Assembly (NCBI GenBank): GCA_963558395.1
Contig: CAUWGE010000002.1
Span: 899 to 64,898, forward strand
Length of the DNA stretch: 64,000 bases
Direction of reading: 5' to 3'
DNA from: an uncultured Clostridia bacterium
GTDB lineage: Bacteria > Bacillota > Clostridia > TANB77 > CAG-508
The position numbers and the translations under genes were made by a program. The notes beneath the pieces were generated by a model. It was not told the DNA's origin. It was given only the letters and a program-made list of their open reading frames with translations, and ran no database searches. Below, piece by piece: positions 10,115-21,700 of the stretch. Positions within the stretch are counted from its first letter, which is position 1. Each line of letters opens with the position of its first letter.

Positions 10115-11068
10115 ATGATAAAAATATATAATACAGATCAAGAAACAAACGAATATAAAGAAATAACTGAATATAAAGACGGAAGTTGGATAAATATGAT
10201 AGACCCAACAGAAAAAGAAATAGAAGAAGTTTGCTCAAAACTGCAGATTCAGCAAGACTTTATAAGATATTCACTAGATAATGAAGAAAAAGCCAGAATT
10301 GATTATGAAGAAGATGATGATACAGTACTGTTTATCATGGATGTACCTGTTAAAGAGAAAGAGCAAGATAGAGAAATATATACAACAATGCCAATAGGAA
10401 TTGTTGTTGTAAGAGATGATTTTATAATTACAGTATCTTTAAAAGAACAAGAAATAATACAATCCTTTATAAGCGGAAAAACAAAAGGATTTGCAACATA
10501 TAAGAAAAGTAGATTTATTCTTCAACTAATGTATAAAAATGCATCAAGTTATTTGAATTACTTAAAACAAATAAATAAAGAAACAGAAGCCGCAGAATTA
10601 AGGCTTAAAGAATCTATGAAAAATCAAGAATTATTAAAATTATTAGACTTAGAAAAATCTTTAGTGTATATTATAACATCATTAAGAGCAAATGAGGCTG
10701 TTATGGAAAGAACAATAAAAATAAAAAATATAAAACTATATGAAGAAGATGAAGATATTTTAGAGGATGCAATAATAGAAAATAAACAGGCAATAGAAAT
10801 GAGCAAGATATATAAAGATGTCTTAGATAGCTCTATGGATGCATATTCTTCAATGATTTCTAATAACTTAAATGAAGTTATGAAATTACTAACTTCTATA
10901 ACAATTATAATTTCAATACCTACATTAATTGCATCACTTTGGGGAATGAATGTAGAAGTGCCATTCGAAGTTCAAAAATATGGATTTTGGATCCTTTGCA
11001 TAATAGCATTTATAGTAACAGCAGTAACTATTCAAATACTTAATAAAAAGGGATTACTTGGAAAATAA
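10115..11068 (+). CDS. corA: CorA-family magnesium/cobalt transporter
   Basis: Two C-terminal TM helices with the GMN signature (LWGMNVEVPF). Acidic cytoplasmic domain. Confidence 0.8.
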   Translation: MIKIYNTDQETNEYKEITEYKDGSWINMIDPTEKEIEEVCSKLQIQQDFIRYSLDNEEKARIDYEEDDDTVLFIMDVPVKEKEQDREIYTTMPIGIVVVRDDFIITVSLKEQEIIQSFISGKTKGFATYKKSRFILQLMYKNASSYLNYLKQINKETEAAELRLKESMKNQELLKLLDLEKSLVYIITSLRANEAVMERTIKIKNIKLYEEDEDILEDAIIENKQAIEMSKIYKDVLDSSMDAYSSMISNNLNEVMKLLTSITIIISIPTLIASLWGMNVEVPFEVQKYGFWILCIIAFIVTAVTIQILNKKGLLGK

Positions 11069-11139
11069 AGTAGAGCTTGATAAAAGCTGAAATCTTTGAT
11101 ATAATAGGAAAATCAAAAAAGAGAAAGGAACTATAAAAA

Positions 11140-12720
11140 ATGTTAATTGCAAATGGAGTGTCTGTAAGATTTGGAAAAAGAGCTCTTTATGAAGACGTAA
11201 ATATAAAATTTAATAAAGGATGCTGCTATGGAATTATAGGTGCAAATGGAACAGGAAAATCTACTTTTTTAAAGGTTTTATCTGGAGAACTAGAGCCAAG
11301 TAAAGGAGATGTTACAAAGGATAGAACAGAGAGAATATCTGTATTAAACCAAAACCACTATGCATTTGAAGAATATACTGTAATAGATACAGTAATAATG
11401 GGAAATAAAGAGTTATATAAAATTAAAACGGAAAAAGACGAAATATATGCTAAACCAGATTTTAATGAAGAAGATGGAATGAAAGCTGCAAAATTAGAAG
11501 AAAGATTTGCGGAATTAGACGGATGGAATGCAGAATCAGATGCGGAGCAACTTTTAAACGATTTAGGAATTTCTCCAGAAAAGCATTATAAACAAATGAG
11601 TGAAATAGAGGCTAAGGAAAAGGTAAAAATATTATTAGCACAAGCTTTATTTGGAAATCCAGACATATTATTACTAGATGAACCTACGAATGACTTGGAT
11701 TTAAAAACAATTTCATGGTTAGAAGAATTTTTGATTAATTTTGAAAATACTGTAATTGTAGTATCACATGATAGATACTTTTTAAATAAAGTATGTACAC
11801 ACATTTGTGATGTGGATTATGGGGAAATAAAGGTCTATCCAGGTAACTATGACTTCTGGTATGAATCAAGTCAATTAATCCAAAAACAAATGAGAGAACA
11901 AAATAAGAAGAAAGAAGAGAAGATAAAGGAGCTTCAAGATTTCATTGCAAGATTTAGTGCAAACGCATCAAAATCTAAGCAAGCAACTTCAAGAAAAAAA
12001 TCACTTGAAAAAATTCAATTAGATGAAATAAAACCATCAAATAGAAAATATCCATATGTAGATTTTAAACCAGATAGGGAACCTGGAAATGAAATACTAG
12101 AAGTAAAGAATTTGTCTAAAACTATAAATGGAGAAAAACTTTTAGATAATATATCTTTTAAAGTAAAAGATAAAGATAAAATAGCAGTATTAGCTGATAA
12201 TGAAAATGCTATAACAGTGCTATTTCAAATACTTGCAGGAGAGCTAGAACCTGACGAGGGAGAAATAAAATGGGGAACCACTATAACGGAAAGCTACTTC
12301 CCAAAAGATAATGGATATTTATTTGATTCAAATGACTCAATAACAGACTGGCTTAGACAGTATTCAAAAGATCCAGATGAAACATATGTAAGAAGCTTTT
12401 TAGGAAGAATGCTATTTTCAGGAGAAGAAGCACTAAAGGCAGTAAATGTTTTGTCAGGAGGAGAAAAAGTTAGATGTGTTCTTTCTAAAGTAATGCTTTC
12501 AGGGGCAAACTTTTTAATATTTGACGAACCAACAAACCATTTAGATATGGAAGCAATAACATCTTTAAATGAAGGGATGAAGAAATTTACAGGTAATTTA
12601 ATATTTTCATCACATGACCATCAACTAATGCAAACAGTTGCAAATAGAATAATTGATATAAAATCAAATGGAATTGTAGACAAGGAACAAAGCTATAATG
12701 AATATTTAGGAATAGAATAA
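11140..12720 (+). CDS. ABC-F family ATPase (tandem ABC domains, no TM domain)
   Basis: Two Walker A motifs (GANGTGKST and a degenerate second one) and two signature motifs (LSGGEKVR). Charged inter-domain linker. 526 aa. Confidence 0.85.
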   Translation: MLIANGVSVRFGKRALYEDVNIKFNKGCCYGIIGANGTGKSTFLKVLSGELEPSKGDVTKDRTERISVLNQNHYAFEEYTVIDTVIMGNKELYKIKTEKDEIYAKPDFNEEDGMKAAKLEERFAELDGWNAESDAEQLLNDLGISPEKHYKQMSEIEAKEKVKILLAQALFGNPDILLLDEPTNDLDLKTISWLEEFLINFENTVIVVSHDRYFLNKVCTHICDVDYGEIKVYPGNYDFWYESSQLIQKQMREQNKKKEEKIKELQDFIARFSANASKSKQATSRKKSLEKIQLDEIKPSNRKYPYVDFKPDREPGNEILEVKNLSKTINGEKLLDNISFKVKDKDKIAVLADNENAITVLFQILAGELEPDEGEIKWGTTITESYFPKDNGYLFDSNDSITDWLRQYSKDPDETYVRSFLGRMLFSGEEALKAVNVLSGGEKVRCVLSKVMLSGANFLIFDEPTNHLDMEAITSLNEGMKKFTGNLIFSSHDHQLMQTVANRIIDIKSNGIVDKEQSYNEYLGIE

Positions 12721-12790
12721 TAATATAAAAATAGGTAAGATTATATAAAACAAAATCTTACCTATTTGTTATTTTTATAGTTAATTATTA

Positions 12791-13855
12791 TTATTTATAT
12801 TTATCTTTTATTTCTTGAATTTTATCGTATTCATTATCAATAATATCTAAAAACATTGCTCCAAGTTCAGGGTCGAACTGTGTACCTAAGTTTTTTTGAA
12901 TTTCATCATGTACTACGTTTAATGGTAAACTATCTCTATAAATTCTTCTTGAAGACATAGCATCAAAAGAATCAGCAATAGCGGCAATTCTTGCAATATA
13001 TGGAATATTATTACCAGATAACCCCTCTGGATATCCACTGCCATCAAATCTTTCATGATGATGCTTAACAATAGGAATAATATCCTTAAACATATCTGTT
13101 TTTTCCAATATATCCACACCTATTTGAGTATGTTTTTTAATTGCTTCATATTCTTCATCAGTTAGCTTACCATTTTTCATAAGAATTGTATCTGGGATAC
13201 CAACTTTACCTACATCATGGAATAGACCACCAATTCTTAATATTTCAAGCTCTTCTTCACTTAAATTCAGTTTTTTACCTAAAAGAACAGAATAAGCAGC
13301 GACTCTGTCAGAATGACCTCTTGTATAAGAATCTTTTGCTTCGACAGTTGCTCTTATCATTTGGATAACCTCAAAATGAGCTTTTTCCAAATCTTGATTA
13401 GCTTTTTCTAAATCATCATTTATTTCTGTAATAGTTTTTCTTTGCTCTAATGCTTTGATACCAGATTCGATTAAGAGTAAAAGCTGGTCAAAATTATCAC
13501 TTTTTTCACAATAACCTTGAATATCTAGCTGCTTTATGGTATCAAGTGGTGGTGCCAAATCTTTATGTCCAGTTAATAGAAGAATATATAAGTCTTTATC
13601 AAATTTTCTAATTTCCTCTACAACCTGATCACCATGAAGAGGAGACATAATAAAGTCAAGTAAAAGTAAATCATACTTGTTAGCTTTCATTTCAGAAATA
13701 GCATCAATAGGATTTGTAAAAGTTTTTAATGCATATCCATGTCTATTTAAAACGACCGTCAATGAGTCTAATATGCCTGGATCGTCATCTACGGCGATTA
13801 TTTTAAAAGGAGAGGTAGCAACCTCTTGCATATATTTTCTCATAAAAACCTCCAT
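12791..13855 (-). CDS. response regulator with REC and HD-GYP phosphodiesterase domains
   Basis: REC domain (IIAVDDDPGIL...LLLLDFIMSP). HD-GYP motifs FHDVGKVGIP and HHHERFDGSGYPEGL. Confidence 0.85.
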   Translation of the reverse strand: MEVFMRKYMQEVATSPFKIIAVDDDPGILDSLTVVLNRHGYALKTFTNPIDAISEMKANKYDLLLLDFIMSPLHGDQVVEEIRKFDKDLYILLLTGHKDLAPPLDTIKQLDIQGYCEKSDNFDQLLLLIESGIKALEQRKTITEINDDLEKANQDLEKAHFEVIQMIRATVEAKDSYTRGHSDRVAAYSVLLGKKLNLSEEELEILRIGGLFHDVGKVGIPDTILMKNGKLTDEEYEAIKKHTQIGVDILEKTDMFKDIIPIVKHHHERFDGSGYPEGLSGNNIPYIARIAAIADSFDAMSSRRIYRDSLPLNVVHDEIQKNLGTQFDPELGAMFLDIIDNEYDKIQEIKDKYK

Positions 13856-13879
13856 TTATTATTTCAATATGTATATATT

Positions 13880-15691
13880 TTAACTCTTTGGCAATAAAAT
13901 ATTAAACCTTGTGCCCTTACCAAGTTCAGAAGAGAAAGTAATATCTCCACCAAAATGGCCCTTAATAGTAGAATACGACATAAACAAACCAAGTCCTGTA
14001 CCATTTTGACCTTTTGTTGTTATCATTTGTGAAAATAGTTTTGATTGAACTTCTTTGCTAATGCCACAACCATGATCTATTATTGAAAATATAATTTTGT
14101 TATCTTTATAATCAACAATTAAATCAATTGAACCATCAGGCCTGCCATTATAGGCCTGTATTGCATTAGAAATCAAGTTATTTATAACTTGTACTAAACT
14201 ATTTATGTTGCCAGTAATTGTTGTATCTGGATTAATCTTAAAATCAATATTTAATGAAACCAAAGCATTTTTTAATTCATGTTTCATTAGTATATTAACT
14301 CTATTTAGTAATTCTTTTATTGTAAAAGTAATCGAAGTATCATTATTCATATTAACAGCTTGCCCCTTAACAGCAGTAATAATATCTGACATATATGAAT
14401 CATAAGTTCTAATTTTATTAACCCATGAACTCATATCTTTAGCAATATCATGATGGTCTTCAATTGTTACTTCAGGGTCATTAATGGAATTATTATATTC
14501 ATTAATTAAATCTTCTAATCCATCAACTGCTCCAGAGATGGACATGATAGGTGTTTTTAAGTTGTGTGCGATTCCTCCAACCATTTGACCTAAGGAAGCT
14601 AAACGTTCCCTTTCCATCAAAGCATTTTGGCTTCTTTCTAGATTTTGCATGTCCAATATGTGCTGAGTAATATCTTTAAATAATATAAGAATTCCAATAC
14701 ACTGGCCATCTTCATATATACCACTAATTTCTACATTGAAGTGCCTTTCAGAGTTAACTAAAGACGCTTCTAAATGGTAAATAGTTTTACTTCTTTTTGA
14801 AGTAACTAGACCTTCTTTTAAAGAACCGGTTTGAGATACTATTTTATCAGAAAAAGAAAGGTCAAATATATTTTTTCCAATTAAATCAGATTTATTCAAG
14901 TTAAATACTTGCTCAAATGGTTTATTACAATCTGAAATAATACAATCTTGATTAAGTACTAAATATAAATCCGACATTTGGTCAACAATTCTTTTTAATG
15001 CAATAGGAGTAACACTTAAAAAATTATATCTAAGTATAGCTACACCAAAGAAAAAGATTGTAATAATAAATGAAATAGGTGTTATATAAATATTTGCATC
15101 AAAGATAGTCATACAGCATATATTTACTACTACTGGAAAAGCTGAACCTATAAGTATTAAAAGAGATTGCTTAGAAAGCATAGATGATTCTTTTATTGAG
15201 GTTCTAAGTAAAATTATTATATCTACTGCAAATAATGCATAAGTATAAAGAGAATGCACAGGAAAATAATTTCCAAAAACAACATTTACAGTATTTACAG
15301 AATAATATTTATAAAATAAGTGATGAAAATCATTTGTCCACAAAACGAACATTGTTATAGTTGGAACAATAAATAATGATAAATACCACTTTTTAAATGT
15401 AATTTCCTTCTTGGAAAAAATATATGCAACAAAGAAAAGGGCAACAGGTGTAAATGCAATTGGCAAATATATAAAATAATCAACATATACTGCAAGGTCA
15501 GGAGACACATAATTAATAATAAGTATCTGAACAATAAGTCCAATACACCATAAAGTCATAAGAAGCATTGTACATTCAAATGCTCTAACCAATTGATTTC
15601 GTTTACTAGCTCTCTTTCTTATAAAATAGAATATTGTTAATTCAGCAATAACTGTTATTATTAATACAATAAAATATCCACCAAATTGCAT
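13880..15691 (-). CDS. sensor histidine kinase (multi-TM sensor, PAS, HisKA, HATPase)
   Basis: About six N-terminal TM helices. A PAS-like region, then the H-box GIAHNLKTP. Probable N/G boxes (NLISNAIQAY, GTGLGL). Starts 10 bp after the NRPS stop. Confidence 0.85.
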   Translation of the reverse strand: MQFGGYFIVLIITVIAELTIFYFIRKRASKRNQLVRAFECTMLLMTLWCIGLIVQILIINYVSPDLAVYVDYFIYLPIAFTPVALFFVAYIFSKKEITFKKWYLSLFIVPTITMFVLWTNDFHHLFYKYYSVNTVNVVFGNYFPVHSLYTYALFAVDIIILLRTSIKESSMLSKQSLLILIGSAFPVVVNICCMTIFDANIYITPISFIITIFFFGVAILRYNFLSVTPIALKRIVDQMSDLYLVLNQDCIISDCNKPFEQVFNLNKSDLIGKNIFDLSFSDKIVSQTGSLKEGLVTSKRSKTIYHLEASLVNSERHFNVEISGIYEDGQCIGILILFKDITQHILDMQNLERSQNALMERERLASLGQMVGGIAHNLKTPIMSISGAVDGLEDLINEYNNSINDPEVTIEDHHDIAKDMSSWVNKIRTYDSYMSDIITAVKGQAVNMNNDTSITFTIKELLNRVNILMKHELKNALVSLNIDFKINPDTTITGNINSLVQVINNLISNAIQAYNGRPDGSIDLIVDYKDNKIIFSIIDHGCGISKEVQSKLFSQMITTKGQNGTGLGLFMSYSTIKGHFGGDITFSSELGKGTRFNILLPKS

Positions 15692-15701
15692 AAGTTCCTC
15701 C

Positions 15702-18700
15702 TCATATGTTTTTTAGTATTTTTTCAATATATTCTTTTGTAATTTCAGGCCAATAGAAATCGGCTTTATCTAAAAATTTCAAAGTAAATGTATTTGTAAT
15801 TTTTAAGTTGGTTTTATATAATAGTTGTTTATCTTTATTCAAATCATTTAAAAGTACACTTACTTTATCAGAATTTGAACTATTAAACAAAACATTATTT
15901 AAATGTCTATTAAATATAAAATCATCTACTACACTTATATCATATCCTAAATTGTTTAAATATTCAATAAATTTCTGTATAAATAAATGTTTCGAATTAT
16001 ATAAATGTAATACAGACATTGGAGAAGTGTAGTATTTCATACAAACAACTATTGACTCAGCAATTTTATCAACAGGACTAAACTCAACATATTTATCTAG
16101 TAAAGAAAGAGGAATTTCTTTTAGATAAATGAATGCTTTTAGCCTATTTAAGAACGCATTATCATTACTGTTTTCTTGAAATTTTCCGTCGCTATATCTA
16201 TTTGTAATATTTCCAATTCTAAGGATGACACCTTTTAATTTTTTAGAAGAGATTTCATCTAAAATAAATTTTTCTGCTTCAAACTTACTTCTAACATAAA
16301 CATTATCTAGAGGTTGCTTTATAAATAGGTTAGTTTCTCCAAAAGAAATAATCTTATTTAACTTAAAAGTACTAGGTACACCAGTTAAAGTATTTCCAGA
16401 AACACTGATTGTTGATGTATGGTATAGTTCCTTATTAAATTCTTCACAAAATTTTACTAGATTTTTAGCACCAGTAACATTAATCTTTTCAAAATCTTTA
16501 TAATAGCCGTAATGTTTAACAGAAGCGGCACAGTTAATAACAGAAGATACTTCTTTTCCAAGAAAATTGTATATTTCGTTAGAAACCTTAAATTTATCAT
16601 TTGTTATATCTCCAGATATAACGAAAAGTCTGGTTCCAAATAAGTTACTTAAATCACTACCAAAATAATATTGGAATTTTCTCTTTAACTTATTTTCAGG
16701 AGAAGTACTAGGGTCTTCTCTTATTAAACAATAGATTTTGATATCATCTATTTTTAATAACTCAGCAAGAACATGAATTCCTAAAAATCCAGTAGCACCA
16801 ACTAACAAAACATTTTTGATGATTTTTTGTTTTAACTTTAATGCTCCAAAAGCAGAATTTTTCTTAAGCAGTTTATCTATTTTCTTAAAATCCTTAGGTG
16901 TATATGTTGGTAAGTTTTCGGTAGTAGAGTTATTTTCAACAAAATTAGCCAAGTCATGAATAGTGTTATTTTTAAATATATCACCATAATTCACAGTAAT
17001 ATTGTTTTTCATCAGCTCAATTTGCATTTTTAAAGCAGATAATGAATCCCCACCAATATCGAAGAAATTATCTTCAGTACTAATTTCTTCAAGAGAAAGA
17101 ATATCTCTCCAAATATTTAATATTTTACTTTCTAGTTCTGATTTAGGACGAACTATTGCAGCTGTTTTAAATACAGGATCAGGAAGAGCTTTTCTATCAA
17201 TTTTTCCATTTGGAGTGTATTTAAAGCTTTCGAGCTGAAGCATATAGTTAGGAACCATATAATTAGGCAATTTTTTTGCTAAAGCTTTTTTTAGTGTAGA
17301 GTATGGAACTCTTCCACTTGCTACAAAATATCCACATAAAAGCTCTCTATTATTAATGGTCTTAACAGTTACAACAGCATCACTAATACCTTCATATGAG
17401 CATATAGCTCTTTCTATTTCACCAAGTTCAATTCTAAGACCGCGAACTTTTACTTGAAAGTCGGTTCTACCTAAACAAATTAATTCACCATTAGGTAATA
17501 GCTTGGCTAAGTCTCCAGAATTGTAAATGATTTCATTATTATACTTAATAAATTTTTCAGAAGTAAGCTCAGGTCTATTTTTATATCCTAAAGTTACACC
17601 ATCTCCGCCAATATACAAAGTCCCTGGAACATAATATGGTACAAAGTTCATATCATTATCTAAAACGAGAACATGAGTGTTTGCAAGAGGAGTACCTATT
17701 GTAATGTCATTTGTATTTGTAAGATCTTTTAAAGTAGAGCCAACAGTAGTTTCGGTTGGACCATACATATTATAAACTTCTGTATCAGATAATTCTTTAA
17801 TTCTTTTAAGTAGCTCTAAAGGAAATGGTTCTCCTATTAATGAAACAATTTTAAGTTCTTTTAAATATGGAAGTTCGTCATTAATAAGTAGTTTAAATTT
17901 AGATGGTGTAGTTTGTATTACATCTACATTATTTTTTAAACAAAGTTCATTTAAAAGAATAGGATTGTTTTGCTCATCATTTGTAGCCATAACAACTTTC
18001 ATACCAGTGCAAAGAGGAAGCAAACTTTCAAAAACAAATATATCAAAACACATAGTTGTTATTGAAACAATAGTTTTTCCTTCTAATGGCATTCTTTCTA
18101 AGCAGCCATATATAAAGTTTACAACATTATATTGCTTTATCATGACTCCTTTAGGCTTACCTGTTGAACCAGATGTATAAATAAGGTAAGCTAAATCTTT
18201 TGGACCTTGCTCTGTGTTAAATTCAGAGTAAGGAAGGTAATTGGCTTTGTCATCAACTAAAAGATAATTAGTAGGTATTAAATCCTTTAAGTTATTTTCG
18301 GTTAGAATTAAATCTACTCCACTATTTTCAATAATATAACTAACTCTTTCTTCTGGATAGGTTGGGTCAATTGGTAAATATCCAGCACCAGATTTCAAAA
18401 TTGCAAGCATAGAGATGATTAAGTTATTTGAACGATTCATCATAATGCCAATGACATCTTTTTTTCCAAAAGTACGAAGTTTATTAGCAAGCCTATTTAT
18501 TTTTACTTCTAATTCTTTATATGTATATTGCTCGTTTTTACATACTAAAGCAATTTTATTTGGAGTAAGTTTAACTTGGTTTTCAAACATATCTATAACT
18601 CTAAAATCTCTAGGATAATCTAAAGTTGGATAAATATAAGGTATCTTAGATAACATTTGAATTTTAGATATTTGAATATCTGGATTTACTAAACAGCTAT

Positions 18701-21700
18701 TTATGATATTAAAATAGCAGTCAAGTAATGTTTTCATAAACTTTTCACTATAAAGATTAGTAGAATATTCTAATCTAAAGTTATAACCTGAACTTATAGG
18801 AGTGATCTCTAAAGAAAAATCAAATTTAGAAGTTTTATTTTCAGGAATAACATATTCTACCTCTTCACCATCAAATGAGAATGAAGGTCTACCACCACTT
18901 TCATAAGTAAAGAGTACATCAAATATAGGGCTTCTACTTGGATCTCTTATTACATTCAAAGTTTTTACTAAATCATCAAAAGGATAAGTTTGATGATTAA
19001 ATGCATTTAAACAATTCTTCTTTACTGCTTCTAAAAATACACTAAATCTACTAGCAGAATGTATGTTTTGCTTTAAAGGTAGAGTATTTACAAACATTCC
19101 AATAACATTAGAAATCTCAGGAGAATTTCTTCCTATAACAGGGCTACCAACTGTAATATCATTTTGCATAGTATATTTATACAAAAGAATATAAAAACAT
19201 GAAAGGAAGAACATATATGGTGTAATATTATATTTTTTGCATAATGTAGATATATCCGAAAGTTTATCTAAAGAAGCATAAACATTAGAACCCTCTTCAG
19301 ATTTTATATTTGTTCTTTCAAACTCAGTAGGCATATTTAAAAGAGGGATACCAGCAGAAAATTGCTCTTTCCAATATAATTTATCATCTTCACTTATAGT
19401 TTCAGAAACAGCATAATCTATATAATCAAGTTCAGATTTTAAAATTTGATTACCATTATATAAATCACACAATTCTTTAGCAAAAATGCTAATAGAAGTT
19501 CCATCACAAATTATATGATGAATATCTAGTTTTAATAAATATGAATCGTCAAAATGGTCTAATTCAACATGAACAAGAGGGGCTTTAGAAAGGTCAAAAG
19601 GCCTAATAAAGTTTTCGTTATCATATTCATTAACTGTTAGATGAAAATCAATATTTTTAACTAGTTTTTGAACTACATCATTATTTTCTAATACAAAATA
19701 TGTTTTAAATGCATCATGCATATTTAAAATTTGTGCTAAGCATTTCTCAAGCTTTGAAATGTCAGGCTTTGATCTAAATTTAACGCCAAAAGGAGTATTA
19801 TATGCCAAACTTTCAGTCTCCATATTTACTGTATAAAATATTCTTCTTTGAGCAGAAGAAACTGGATATGAATCAGCTTCTTTATGCTTTTTTATAACTA
19901 TCTTTTGGTAAGACGATGAATTTTTTTCTTCTAAAAGAGAAGAAAGCTCTTTAATAGAAGGCATGTTATAAATATCTTGAATATTTAACTTTATATTTAA
20001 AGTACTATATATTTCAGAAACTAGTCTTATAACTGAAAGAGAGTCCATACCCCAATCAAAAATATTAGCCGTAGCACTAATTTTATCTGTATCCAGAATG
20101 GGTTTTAAAATATTCTCTAATTTTTTTTCAAAGTCAGTTTCGCAAGGAACAAAATGTTCATGTATAATTTGTATTTCTGGTAAATTCTTTGTATCAATTT
20201 TTCCGTTTAATGTAATAGGAAAAATTGACAGTTGCATAATATGACTAGGAATCATATATTTGGGCAAAGACCTTGCAATAAAATCTTTAACATAATTTTC
20301 ATCCAATTTAGAGTCTGCTTTAATATATGAACAAATACAGTCAATATTGTTTACTTTCTTTATAACAGATATAGCATTTGTAACTTCAGGAATTTGCATG
20401 ATTTTAGATGTTATTTCATCAAGCTCGATACGTAAACCATGGAGCTTAATTTGATTATCTTGCCTTCCTAAGTAAATAAGTTCACCATCACTAGATAATA
20501 TACCTAAGTCTCCGGTATGATAAGTTCCATTAAAATCAAATTTATTAACATATCCTTTTCCTACGCCATCTCCTTTTATTACTATTTCTCCGCAAACGCC
20601 AGAAGGAAGGATATTGCCGAATTTGTTCATAATATAGATTTCAGTATTTAAAAATGGTTTCCCTATTGTAATATTATCATCTTTAACTTTTTTATTAGAA
20701 GCACAAGCAGTGCATTCAGAAGGACCATAACCATTATATATTTTAGCAGAAGTATTTTCTCTTAGCCTCTTATATAAAGAAGGTTTAAAAACTTCTCCAC
20801 CTAACTGAATTACTTTGACATCTTTTAAACAATCAGGTTCTTCTAATAAAAGACTAATTTTAGAAGGTGTACTTAAAATAAAATCAACATGGTTTTCCTT
20901 TATTAATTTGCTAGTAAAAGCAGGAATTTTTTGTTCTTCTTCATCTGCTAAAACAACAGTTTTTCCATCTAAAATAGAAACAAAATTTTCTACTATAAAC
21001 ATATCAAAGGCAACTGTACTAGTACTTAAAAAGTTTTTGCAATCATTAGTTTTTAATAGTTGTTTATAACTATTTAACATATTAATGATACCAATACGTT
21101 TTAATTCAACTCCTTTAGGTTTACCAGTTGAACCAGATGTATATATAATACAAAAGCGATCATCATTTGATGAATCAGCAGGTGAAAAACAAGTAGAAAA
21201 CTGTTTTCGATGTTCGATATTAATAGATGGGTAGTTTATATATAAATTTGTAAGAACAAGTTTGCTAGATGCATTTTCAAGCATATATTGAACCCTATCT
21301 TGTGGAAGGCTAGGATCTATTAACATATAAGAAGCCCCAACTTTTAAAACTCCCCAAATAGCAATTAATAAATCGAATGAACGATTAAACATTATACCAA
21401 CAGAGTCCTGTTTTTCTATTCCATAATTTAAAAGTAAATTTGCAACTTGATTAGACTTTTCATCTAATTCTTTGAAAGTAAGTTTTGCACCTTTAAAAAT
21501 TATAGCAGGTGAATTTTCGTTTAATTTTACAACTTTAGAAAAAAGGCTAATAAGAGAAGTATTTTTGTCATATTTAAATGAAGTATTATTAAAGTCAGAA
21601 ATGATTTTATTATCCTCTGGAGAAGTTACTTCTATGTTAGAAATTTGAGGATTTTGCAATGCAAATTTAGCCATTTCACAAATTCTAGAATGCAAAAGAT